Below are positions 40,566 to 52,456 of a DNA stretch of 64,000 nucleotides, piece after piece. Source of the DNA: Antedon mediterranea (taxonomy: Eukaryota > Animalia > Echinodermata). How positions within the stretch are numbered: the first letter of the stretch is position 1; every line of letters begins with the position of its first letter. The stretch is taken from positions 6,076,001 to 6,140,000 of the forward strand of contig NC_092680.1 in NCBI RefSeq assembly GCF_964355755.1, read 5' to 3'. The position numbers and the translations under genes are program-made. The notes beneath the pieces were generated by a model. That model was given only the letters and a program-made list of their open reading frames with translations, did not search any database and was not told the DNA's origin.

Positions 40566-40950
40566 TAGTATTGTCGCTAGGCGTGTTACGGTATTAAAAT
40601 CGACTACTTATTCACTACATGACGTAGGTAATTTTCATTTTATTCATATGAGTTTAAATTAGTGATTGGGCTGAAGACAATTGTTTGTTTGTGGCTTACG
40701 CCACCTTTATTCAAATTCAATTAAAAACATCCTACATATTAACAGCAACAATAATTCATGTCGTAATAATTTGTTTTAATTTAGCTTAAATAAAATAAAG
40801 AATTAGGTCATACTTATCTCTTAATGTTGTCATAAAATGTAAAATGAAAAATAATAATTAAATTATTCAACTGACTCCAAATAAAAGCTTTCCCTTGTCT
40901 AGATTTTGCCTTATAAAGTATAACACTAAATTATTAACAGACGATAGATA

Positions 40951-41465
40951 TTAATTAAATGCGTATAGCATATATTGTAGTTGTGGCATTGTTAAATACA
41001 TTAGGATATATTGAAGATAATCTACAATGTAGATGTAGTTGTTCCAAGTAAACGAGATCATCAAGCCAGGGCAGAATTTAAACAAATATTTGTTCTCATC
41101 CACAGTCAATTTTTGCAAACCACGGAATGCATTAATATCAATGCTATCATAAAATAGGTTGTTGCTATTAATATTGTTGTATTCCAGATTGTAATATTTA
41201 ACATCAGTTGGCACCGTATCTTGCGATGGAATAGCTTTCAATCCTGTATTTGAACAAAACACCTCATGACTGTAGTATAATTCCGTTTCATTCTTACAAT
41301 ATTTACAGTAGCATTGCTTAGGACATCTGAAATCATCTATAGCGGCTGAGTTTTATTTACCGACGGATTGTAGTTGTGGCATGTTAACTTGCCGCTAATA
41401 GAACAGTATAATGTTACGAAAAGAACGATAGTAACTTGAAGAAGAGTAGGCGTACATATATTCAT
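40951..41465 (-). pseudogene. Decayed, truncated paralog of the short TLR (signal peptide, LRRNT and partial LRRs only)
   Basis: Near-identical to 52456-52190 (QVTIVLFVT..., SQDTVPTDVKYY). It has a 2-bp TA insertion near 41340 (frameshift and TAG), a one-LRR deletion, further frameshifts, and no TM or TIR. Confidence 0.88.
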
Positions 41466-41989
41466 AGTGGTACTGTATGAACCTTTTACGTTGAACTATA
41501 ACGTAATAATGAGAGAAATCGGCTGTTAAATGTATTCTAATAAGGAGAAGTGACAATGACATATCGTTATTCATCTCCTTTTAGCTGGAAAAATAATGAT
41601 TTATTAATATTTCACTTTCGTAACAAATGCCAGAATTTGGTACAATGAAACTGAAATAATTTTCAAACAGTCAATTTAAGTATTTCTGAAATTAATTGAC
41701 GTTATAATCTCATTTTCAAGTAAATTAAATTATTTTCACTTTCATCTTGAGAAAGAAAAAATTATGATTATTAATGGTTTATGAATATTTAAGAATTTAG
41801 TGTACTAAACCCGGGACTAAACCTCATATAATTCTTAAAACAACCGATTTAATTGTTTAGGAAATTTATCGACTTTCATCCAAAGTAAAACTTTATTTCT
41901 ATGACCAGGCCAAAAATTACCAATTATGTTAAACCCTACGATGTGCGTACAGTAGAAAGTTAATAACCAGTAAATTGCAACTTTATTCA

Positions 41990-42400
41990 ATTGTACGATA
42001 AATGTCGAATCGTTCCATATAAGATACGCCGTGAAGAATTTGTATAGTTGATGTCTTGTGCCATCCGATGCACGAGGTATTATGTCTGGTAACAATACAC
42101 ACCACGCAGTATTGCGTCTTCTAACAGCAACATTCATTGGATACCGTGTATGATACTATACAGTTTATAGCCTCTTCTTCATCCATAAACCCGATTGTTG
42201 AATTGCATAAGTGACGCAAACTATTCGAAGTTCCAAAAACTTTGACACGATCATTACCAATCATAGCATCATGGATTAGAAAGTGTATGATGTCAACAGT
42301 TTTCGTCCATTCACCATCAATGTGACTTTCTACTTGAGTGATTGGTTGGCTTTCTCATCAATGGCTATCTGAGCTGAAGTTGCGCTAGAAGTTGTCCATA
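41990..42400 (-). mobile_element. Internally deleted MULE (FLYWCH/MULE-type) transposase remnant
   Basis: Frame 42354-42181 reads ESQPITQVESHIDGEWTKTVDIIHFLIHDAMIGNDRVKVFGTSNSLRHLCNSTIGFMD, resembling the pre-catalytic segment of MULE transposases (W.KT....FL.HD.....R...FGT...L..L.....MDGTF). A C-terminus-like ILHGVSYMERF follows. Confidence 0.55.
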
Positions 42401-42500
42401 ATATCAAAGTACAAATTACTGAAACTACTGCATTTTCAAAAAATAATTCAGAATTTCCATGAATGAAATTTTCACAAGATGCATTATCGGAGATGTTCAT
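42400..42500 (-). pseudogene. 5' stub of a fourth GPCR copy, truncated in TM1
   Basis: MNISDNASCENFIHGNSELFFENAVVSVICTLIL aligns with the MNISNNSSC...MFYKNA...VVSIICILV start of the neighbouring copies, then switches to transposase-like sequence. Confidence 0.65.
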
Positions 42501-43374
42501 TGCAACACTTAAATGTATAATAACAAAGTTTTTTCCCTCAATATTCCTTTATAAATTTCCGCAGAATGTTTTGTCAGGGAGCTTCTTGCTTATTGGTCAA
42601 ATAATTAAAACGAGCTTTAAGTACGTGTGTATTTTAGCATAGTACAAACTATTGCCGAAACAGCGTTACCATTACTGTGCGTTCTGATTTTCAACGAATG
42701 TTTTGAATAATTTAAAAAACAGTTTCACAATGAATGCGCTTGGTAACTCACACAATTTAGACAATGAATGTTCTTCTTTGAGACAATCCAAGTCGGTACC
42801 GTACTGCTGCAGTGTAACGTTTTGTAAAAAAAGTTTAGAAAGTCGTTACAAAATGATAGGCCTATGTATTTCAATAAAGCTGAAGAGCGATCTGCCAATC
42901 ATCAGTCGTTTAATTACCTTTGTCATGTATTTTATATCCTTATGGTTTAATAAACTCTTCTAGCGAAGATTGATAAAAACAATATTTGCGGCCAATCAGT
43001 CGTACATCACTTTGGTTATCTGTACAATGTCAAATGAAGACTGATTTTTATGTGTACATACTTACAGTAGCGTAAGTTAGTAATACTGCAATATCTATAT
43101 AATTATAAAATTATGCAGCTGTAATAAATTTTTGAAAATTCTCCATCCAAACACTGTTAGGGGGCTCAGGGTTTCAGATTAAGACGTTGTCCATGAAAAA
43201 AATGTTTAATTTGCCCAGGCGATGCATTTTTCTTTTACAAACAGGAAAATTGTTTAGGTTAGTATCTTCGAAAATGTTCCCGTAATTTCTTCCTGTAAAT
43301 TCTGTATCTTGAACTTTTACTTCAACATTTCTTTTCCTTTCCGTATCTTGTTCTGTATCTTGTATTTTGTAACT

Positions 43375-44230
43375 TTAACTTCTTTTTCTTCCAAAAATTT
43401 CATAAAATGCGTTTCGGAAATTAGGTAAATTATACCAATATATTAGAGGATTCATCAAAAAATTGATAAAAACCAGACTTCCAAAAAAGAAATTCATATA
43501 TGTAAGTAATATACCAATGGAACATGTTATCATTGGTATAAAAACAAGACAACTTGTTACAAGATATGGCAACCAGAGAATACAATACAGGATTGTTATT
43601 GTTAAGCAGGTTTTTAGTAATTTTCTGGAATTCTTTGCGTTTGAAATATTCATTGAAGCGAGATAATGATTTGATTTGGAAATACTGTGATAAATTTTAA
43701 AATAAAGAAAAATAGTTATTAATAAAATTATAAGAAAAAACACTGCAATTATCACATTAAAATAAGGTTTATTAATGTAATATCAGGCAAGGTCCAACCC
43801 TAATCGTAGCACAGACTATCATCTGACGTTTAAATGTTACGATAACGGAGTAACGTAAAGGAGCGTATACTAACGCAATGTAACGATCTGCAGCAACGCA
43901 ATTTACGTTAAGCATTGACGTAAAAAGTATTGAGGCCATCATCAAGTTTGAAACAGCACTGTACTTTAAATTTAATACCACCGTGTTTATAAAATACATC
44001 AGTCCATTTGCACAATCTGCAAATGCCAAAGATACGATGAACACATTGTGTTTGTTTCGCAGATTCTTTGATCTGAGATTTACAAATATTGCAACACCAT
44101 TTAAAAGCACAACCAAAATACAAATGATTGAAACCACTGGTATGATAAATATTCTTGCGTTTTTATAAAACATTTCGTAATAATAATTCCTTAAATTGGA
44201 AATGCAAGATGAATTATTGGAGATATTCAT
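43375..44230 (-). pseudogene. Intronless rhodopsin-family (chemoreceptor-like) GPCR, frameshifted
   Basis: ORFs 43772-44230 and 43375-43755 are the two halves of a close paralog of 45461-46345. A small deletion near 43780 (TM4/ECL2) shifts the frame, and the TM4 Trp is replaced by Arg. Confidence 0.88.
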
Positions 44231-44399
44231 TTTAAAAGTTTCACTTTTGACGTATTTGCGTTATTCCTTCGAATAGGCCTATCTGTTGAAAGTTTTAACT
44301 TGGCGTTCGTTTACCAGGTTTGACACGGGTAGTAAACAGCGCGTTACATACATTTTTTATTTTTCGGTACAGTTAAAGTGATGTCTGAGACACTCGTAC

Positions 44400-44769
44400 G
44401 TTACGTTTGTGGTGACGATTACGGCGTAATGCAATGGAGCTAAGACTAACGCGATATAACGGTCCACCGCAACACCAGTTACGTTTAAAAGTGATATCAA
44501 GAGTATTGTTGGCGTTATCACATTTCCAGGAGCTCCTAATATAATTAATAATTAATCCATTTTACACAATCCGCAAACGCCAAACACACGATGAAATCAG
44601 TGCGTTACTTTCGGAGAACTTTTGTTCGTAGAATGACAAAGATAACAACACCGTTCAGACCTAAAATCAAAGTGCAAATTATTGAAACGATAATTACTGC
44701 AGTTTTAGCTCTTTTAAAAAATACGTTAAAATTGTCAGAAATAGAATTGCAAGGGATAGAAACATTCAT
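44400..44769 (-). pseudogene. Degenerate GPCR copy (TM1-ICL2 only)
   Basis: MNVSIPC...LNGVVIFVILRTKVLRK*..FIVCLAFADC, then frameshifted ILLISLLNVTGVAVDRYIALVLAPLHYAVIVT. The remainder is missing. Confidence 0.8.
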
Positions 44770-44845
44770 TGACACCAGCAAAGACAAGGGGAACACCGTA
44801 CAATACCGGGTACTCAAATTGTGTTGAGAATTCGGTCGGTTTAAT

Positions 44846-45132
44846 CAAAGTATTCTGTCCATCATTCCCTGTTGTCTTAATTGACCAATGTTTGTCACGT
44901 TTAATGAAACTCTTGACGATTGATATATTTCATTAAAATTAAACTAAACTCACTGTCATTGATTAAGAGTTTATTAACTCCAAGCCTTGTAAAAGTATTC
45001 TGTCCATCATTCCCTGTTGTCTTAATTGACCAATGTTTGTCACGTTTAATGAAACTCTTGGCGAATTGATATATTTCATTAAAATTAAACTAAACTCACT
45101 GTCATTGATGAAGAGTTTATTAACTCCGAGCC
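44846..45132. repeat. Tandem duplication, ~145 bp x2
   Basis: aaagtattctgtccatcattccctgttgtc...gagtttattaactcc is repeated almost identically. Confidence 0.9.
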
Positions 45133-45460
45133 TCACAATCATCGATTGTTCTTGTGGTTTTATAATTACTCTAGGGCTCCTACAGTATTATTATTATTAT
45201 TATTATAAAACCACTTCAACTTTGTTGCAACACGTTTTCAAATTAAAACAAATATTATTGACTTTTGTTCAAATTATTATTGTCGTCTACAGCGGCTCTG
45301 GCTTTTGTGCGAGAAATTCCTGTGTGTAATTTAAAATCATCTGAAAACATGGCCACCATTGACATGTGTCAGTTGACTTCACTGCTAGTGTACTCGAGAT
45401 TTCTAAACGTCGTTTATACCATGCTATACACTTTATTTTACCTTTTGTCGTATATTGTAA

Positions 45461-46345
45461 TTAGTATTTCTTTTTCCTTCTCCAGATATCATAAAATGAG
45501 TTTCGGAAATCAGGTAAATTATACCAATATATTAGAGGATTAGTCAAAGAATTGATAAAAACCAGACTTCCAGAAAAGAAATTCATGTAAACAAGTAATA
45601 TACCGAGGTAACATGCTAACCCTGGTATAAAAACAAGACAACTTATTACAAGATATGGCAACCAGAGGACACAATACAGTATTGTTATTGTTAAGCAGGT
45701 TTTTAGTAATTTTCTAGATTTCTTTGCGTTTGAAATATTCATTGAAGTCAGATAATGATCTGGTTTGGAAATATTTTGATAAATTTTAAAATAAAGAAAA
45801 ATAGTTATTAATAAAACTATCAGAAAAAATACGGCTATTATTAACGGATTAAATTGAGTTGTATTAATGTAAAACAAAATACATATAATGCAATTTGGAC
45901 CAATCCAAATCGCAGCGCAAACGGTCAACTGACGTTTAAATGTTACGACAACAGCGTAACGTAAAGGAGCGTACACTAACGCAATATAACGATCTACAGC
46001 AACGCAATTTACGTTAAGCATTGACGTAAAAAGAATTGACGTTAATAACCAGTTTATAAGAATAATTATACCAAAGCTCGGACGATAAAAGCGTATAGCT
46101 ACATATGAATAATACCCAAGTCCGTTTGCACAATCTGCGAATGCCAAAGACACGATGAAAACATTGTGTTTCTTTCGCAGTTTCTTCGATCTAAGAATTA
46201 CAAATATTGCAACACCATTTAAAAGCACAATCAAAATACAAATTACTGAAACCACTGGTATGATAGCTGTAAGTGCGTACTCATAGAACATTTCAGTATA
46301 TTCAATAACGGATCTACAAGATGAATTATTGGTGGAGATATCCAT
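45461..46345 (-). CDS. Intronless class A GPCR, olfactory/chemoreceptor-like, 294 aa
   Basis: First ATG is MDISTNNSS (glycosylation sequon). Seven hydrophobic segments; TM1 N, TM2 SLAFAD, VAVDRYIALVYAPLRY, KLLKTC, CVLWLPY, NPLIY. The 38 upstream codons in the ORF track start at a non-ATG codon. Confidence 0.9.
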   Translation of the reverse strand: MDISTNNSSCRSVIEYTEMFYEYALTAIIPVVSVICILIVLLNGVAIFVILRSKKLRKKHNVFIVSLAFADCANGLGYYSYVAIRFYRPSFGIIILINWLLTSILFTSMLNVNCVAVDRYIALVYAPLRYAVVVTFKRQLTVCAAIWIGPNCIICILFYINTTQFNPLIIAVFFLIVLLITIFLYFKIYQNISKPDHYLTSMNISNAKKSRKLLKTCLTITILYCVLWLPYLVISCLVFIPGLACYLGILLVYMNFFSGSLVFINSLTNPLIYWYNLPDFRNSFYDIWRRKKKY

Positions 46346-48531
46346 TGTATGACTTGCAGTGGTGAATAGCGACAATCGCTTGTAAAATGAAGATACGATT
46401 TGAGTGTTTCGTAGAACCTTTAAACAAGTAGAACGTGAGACAATTTTCCACCGAATCACGTTACAGCACAGAATGAAAGTTTATTATATATTATTCATTT
46501 ATGAACTTCGTTTAGCATCAAATGTACCAGGGAGTTGTAATAACAACTCCCTGAATGTACTATGTGTATGATTAGAATAGTCAAGTTTTAAAAACGTGTT
46601 TCGCAGCAAAAATGTGTGCTTCCATAACAATCTGATGTAGGCTTCTCTGGAAAAAGACTCACCAAACACTCACAATAATTTGTCAAGTTTTAATTTTTGT
46701 TAAATAGACAGAATGACCATCAATATGGAAACAATCAGATGTATAGTTTACGTATGTACTTTCATTACATTGCTCCAACGACGACAGATGAGTGGAAAGT
46801 ACAGTTTTATACTTCACAAACCTCTTTAATCATTTGATTAAATAAAAAAATTGGTATTTAACAGTGTACGATCGACTATTCATAAATGTTGTTTTATTAA
46901 AACATTGGTTGTCACACTTGATTGACGTTATCACCTTCGCTGTTAGTTATTAATGTTCTCTGACATTGATGTTATTTTTATTAACATGCTTGATTTGACG
47001 AAATGCTAATTTTTTGACGAGGTCTTAATGCCTAAATAATCAATTTTGCAGAAATCGGCCTTTAGAAAAAATACTTCTTCGTAGGTATTAGTTTCAAACC
47101 GCGTCTTTTTTTATCTTTAGTTATCAAAATTTAAAATGTTTCATAATAGTCATTAAACATATAATTAAGGATGTACTTACATTTTATATAAGCCTATTTG
47201 AAAATACAGAAACTCAAGTTTGTTTTTTAAGTTTTGAGCCTTAATCTGTATGTACGGTAAATTGATTATAGGCCTACTGTACCAGTATATTAGAGAGTTT
47301 GCCAATACTTTTAAAAAGATATACATCCAGAAAAGACAAATAAATGTACATAATAGTTCACCAATTGGACATAACTAAATGTGAAAGGTTTATTGTGAAC
47401 GTTACCAAAGTTGATTAAAATATCGAGTTATAGGTATCTTAAATTTGTCCAAATAGTGCACCCTCTATCGCTTTGTCCATTTTGCAAAATATCTTAGAAA
47501 CTTTTTACTCATAGATCTTTGTTGATTTTGAAAAGTATTTCAGTCAGTTTTTGAACGCTCGATTATAGTTTTTATCAGTTAGTCATATTCCTTTATTTTT
47601 TATTTTTCACATTTTTTGATAAATTGTTCAACAGCTATTGTGTTTGATATCTCTACTCAGTTTCATTTATTCATTAATCTATGAATGTTACGTTACATAA
47701 CTACAACACGATTTTCTCATTTTGTAGATAATTATACATTGTTATAGGCCTAATTTACATCAAACTTGCTTCAACAAATTTACAAAATGTGAAAATCGTG
47801 TTTAAAAATAGTGTTTTTTTTTAACATTGAAGGTAAAGCAAACACACTTATAAACCAAAATTACTTTCAAGCCGGTAATTAATCGTCTAGTATAATTAGA
47901 TAATACCTTGAATGTTGATAAATGTGCAAAGCGAACCGTTGATTAATCTCTTTTAAGAGATTATTAACATTAAAATGTTTAATAATTTTTTTATTAATAG
48001 CTTTCTATTTTAATATCAATACCTACAAAATGCAATCAATAATAAGTAATAAATATACTTGTATTTTATTGTTTTATATTTTTACAAAAATGTATGTATA
48101 ATATATATATATTTATGATTTGTATATCTTTAAATAAGATTAAGCTAATGATAAAACTTAACAACACCAATGTTTCTTATTGGGGTTTTATCATTTTTAT
48201 TTTGAAACTTACATTAGATTGGTTGCAAAATAACTCAAAAGTTTGTTAAAATTATAGTTATTTACTCGTATGTTTAATATGCCGGCTGTTGACTTATATG
48301 CGAATAGTATGTGTGTAATATATGGCGAGTTCACACTCGACATCTAACAGTTAGCTTAATATCTATATGCAATTTAAGAGGTCTAACATTTGACTATTTA
48401 TTATTTTACAAACAATATTGTATAATAGATCTTAAGAATAATTGAAGATATTAATTACATTCGTAAATTAAAAATAATCAGATTAATTGTAAATGATAAT
48501 AATAACAGTATTTTAAAATAATAATGATTTG

Positions 48532-48792
48532 AGAACAATCGCGAGGTTTATGATATCTCCGCTCGCGCTCGCCGTTCACGGTAAATTGTTGTGACGTCAC
48601 AAGTTCATGGCAAAATCTACCTCATGAGTTTTCACTGTTGTTAACATACAAGAAATAGGTACCGTCACTTCAATTGCTAATTTGACCTATATTAGGCTTA
48701 AATTTGTACCTAGCTTGTGACGTCACAGCAATTTACGTCGACGACTGTAGAGCGAGCGCGCGCTACGATATCGTAAATTTCGCGATTGTTCT
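48532..48792. mobile_element. Long-TIR palindromic MITE
   Basis: agaacaatcgcgaggtttatgatatc...gtaaattgttgtgacgtcacaag faces its inverse cttgtgacgtcacagcaatttac...gatatcgtaaatttcgcgattgttct. Confidence 0.75.
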
Positions 48793-50542
48793 GAAATTAT
48801 ATGTAGGCCTACACCTCTAATACGTTGTTAAATATGGTTCTCGGTGAAGTTGTCTATTAAGTGCTATGGTATGGGCGTGTTACATATTATACTGCATGAT
48901 ATTTATTGTCGCTAGGCGTTAATACGGTATTAAAATCGACTGCTTGTGCACTGAACAACCACACCCTATCCTGTTTTATCATGTCGTAGATAGCTTTCAC
49001 TTTATTTATGTAAACAAGTCAGCGATTGGGCTAGAGACAATTGCCACGTCACCACTCCTTACATCCTGAATGCACGCGCATGATGTAGTTTATCAAAATA
49101 ATAACAGGCAGAGAAGTATCATATTCTTATATCTTTAATGTCTTTACTTTATATTTCTAACTACCTAAGTATTGCTGATGTTTTTCTGCATTTTTATATT
49201 CTCAGTGAAGTCTACATTTGATTAATATTCATGATTCTCACAGTCAGGTTACAATAACGCTTATTCAAGACCACGGTGCGTCTATAGTCTCTGGGTGCGC
49301 CTTCTTCCTTACTTTGGCTTCCTATACATTGGCCGTGCTAATGTTTGTTTCACCTTTTTTTAATGTAACAGATATTTTACTTTTTTAAGTTATGAGGCCG
49401 GCCTACTATTATTTTCATTTTGTGGCTTGTTAAATTCACATTAGGCAGTTTAATTTAACAATAACAGTGATGCAATTCAAGTTTTAAATATTTTGTTTTA
49501 ATTTAGTTAATTCTATACATTATAATACACATTTATTTACAAGGTTAATTTACATATTAGAATGACAACAGTTTGTTAACTAAAGAAGGCGCCAACACGT
49601 TTTATTAATATGCAAATACCATGCAAAATGTCGTGTCTTTGGTTCTGAACGTGAAGGAATGAACTTGCACTTAAAAAAGGACAACAAATCTTCAATGGCA
49701 TTAGTTCAATATATAATCAATGCACCATGGTGAATAAGCAGTAGTGAGTATGTTTCTGTATTTAAACAGGGTTTCCATTATATTTTCGCTAAGTCTGTAT
49801 AAATTACTCTTTTTTATGTTCGTCCACCAGTCGGCGTTTAGATTGTCTAGATTGCGAGCGCAAGTATTATACGTATGAAACGCAATAATTGCCAAAATCT
49901 TTTCACTAATATTAAGTAGACACACATTCTATAGATTAGGTTTCCATTAGATTTCGGTCGTAGAAATTCACATAAGTTTAGAATATATAGGGAAATTAAG
50001 GTTGAATCATGAAGTATCTAATCAGATACTATATGTAGATGCGAATACGTGTGCAAAAATATGTTTACTAATTTAAAAAAAAGAAATGCATTAATAAAGC
50101 AGTTATACATTGCAAATTCGATACGAGATGAAGACAAAGTTATAAGTAGTTGACAAAGAGTTGAATTAAATGGTAGTTATATACAAATTGACTAATCATC
50201 CAAACCATCCTAATAAGATTTAGAGTAAATGTATACATAAGGCAATATCAGCAGGATATTTCTAAGGCCACTGTCTAATCATAATTCTATACATTATATC
50301 CTTTCTTTTGCCTATGAAATATTTGGAGTTTACACAAACCTGAACGCACACCCTATAAAACGCAGGTGTAGAGTTTGCTAGTCAATGTGAAAGGGGAATT
50401 AATCAGAAAGAATTGGGTTGTTTGCCATCCTGTAAGAGCCATATGCTTGCTGTTGTATATGGTTGAAAACAAAATCTATATTGTATTAAATCTCAAAAAT
50501 ACTAACAAATGTATTTCTTTACATTTGGTAAAGTAATGTGTC

Positions 50543-52456
50543 TTATGCGTTATCAATTAGCCTATCTTTTGGACAGTTAGGTGACAAAAGAGCTGTTTCA
50601 AGCTTGGCCCAGAACAATGCTTGTCTCTCTGGATGTTCTTCCCATTCGATATAAGTTGTAGTGGTCAATATCTTGTGTAACAGTATCGGCATGTCTTTGG
50701 GTGACACCTTCTCAATTAGCACCACAACCAAGATATCTTCATGGTTTAACGTACGCACGTGTGCCATCTCTAACTCGAAGTTGCACCACTCACTTTTGGC
50801 AAAATGTTTGGAGACAACTAACAAAACTTTGCTACTGAATTTAACAGCATTTGCAATGTTTGTAGCGATTGCTTCTCCTGGAAGAAAGTCTCGATAGTCG
50901 ACGCACAGTTTGAAATTCCGCTGCTCTTCCAACGATGGATGTAAAACATTAAGAACCCATTGTATGTCTTTGCTGTTGTAACAGACAAACACGTCATACA
51001 GAATGTTTTCTCCGTTGATAGTAGGTGGTCCTTGGTTGCAAATTCGCTGGTATTGTTTACGAAGGCGTCGTCGTTGGTTCCAATACCTAACATTGAAATA
51101 AATAATTGAAAAAAAAGTATTTATATAATATAATATATTTTATTAAACGTTAACATTGAAATGGACGACTAGATGCTTATTGTGTTAATGATATATTAAC
51201 ATTACGGATATGACCTTTTAAGGATCCTAATGGAAATAAGCTAACGCTTTTTGTGCTATCCTGGAAAATATTTTATAAACGTATATTTTTGTAATGTCAG
51301 TAATTATAATGATTTTCAAAAAATTAAAATCAAAACATTTTTAAATACATTAATTTTTTTTGGCATAAGCAATTATATATTTAAAATACTAATAATAATG
51401 ATCTTACCTTAAATGAAATCTGTAACGGTAAAGATTGACAACAATTATTACAACAATAAGCCCAGCTGAAGCACAAGGAATTGTAATTCTTAAGATTCTA
51501 TCCAACTTTCTACAGTGTAGTTTATCGGGATCGAAATTTAACATTGTCGTGTATTCTTTACTATCTATATATTGTCTACATTCTGTGTTGTTGATGTCTT
51601 CAATTGTAACATTCGTTGTCCCAATCCATTTTCTAAACCACATCAAATCACAGTTACACAGATATTTGTTGTACGCCACATCTATAAACTGTAATTGAAT
51701 CAGATTTTGAAGTCCAACGTCTTCTTTGATAGTTGTCAGAAAGTTGTTACGTAGAGTCAATCCTTGTAATCTCGATGAACCTTTAAATGCGTATAGTGGC
51801 ATACTAGTAATCTGATTTTTTTAAAGATATAAATATTTAAGATTTGGTAAATTCTGAAAAGTTTCTGAGTGAATATAATTTATATCGTTTCTTGCAAGAT
51901 CAATTGTTATTAGTCTTTTGCAATAAATAAATACTTTAGGATATATTGTGGTTAATCCACAATGTTCCAGATATACCTCTTCTAAAGATACAAGATCATC
52001 AAACCATGGTAGTAATTTATCCAAATCAGGGTTTTCATCCAAAGTTAATTTTCTCAGTTTTTGCAAACCATGAAATGCATTAATCTCAATTTTCTTATAA
52101 TTCAGTTTGTTACCATTAAATTGCAAATTCTTCAGGTTAGTTAAATTGTGGAAAGAGTAGTTCTTCAGAAACGAAATATTGTTGTCTTCCAGATGGTAAT
52201 ATTTAACATCAGTTGGCACCGTATCTTGCGATGAAATAGCCTTCAATCTTTTATTTGAACAAGACACATCATGACTGTAGTATAATTCCGTTTCTTCTTT
52301 ACAATATTTACAGTTACATTTCTTAGGACATCTGAAATCATCTAGCGGCTGAGTTCCATTTACCGACGGATTGTAATTGTAGCATGTTAATTTACCACTA
52401 ATATGACAGTAGAATGTTACGAAAAGAACGATAGTAACTTGAAGAAAAGTCCACAT
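50543..52456 (-). pseudogene. Short-ectodomain Toll-like receptor (SP-LRRNT-~7 LRR-LRRCT-TM-TIR), 2 exons, interrupted by one in-frame TAA
   Basis: Exon 1 52456-51408, exon 2 51086-50543 (GT-AG, phase 2; 531 codons in total). The frame is continuous through LKYLYL*KNQITSMPLYAF (TAA at 51823-51821). LRRCT NKYLCNCDLMWF, TM ITIPCASAGLIVVIIVV, TIR boxes YDVFVCY, RDFLPGE, SEWCNFEL, FWAKL. It may be a null allele rather than a fixed pseudogene. Confidence 0.9.

Noticed and set aside
46346-46459. 38-aa N-terminal extension of the GPCR in the ORF track
   Set aside because: It uses a non-ATG start, and the paralogs begin at the equivalent of MDIS/MNIS.
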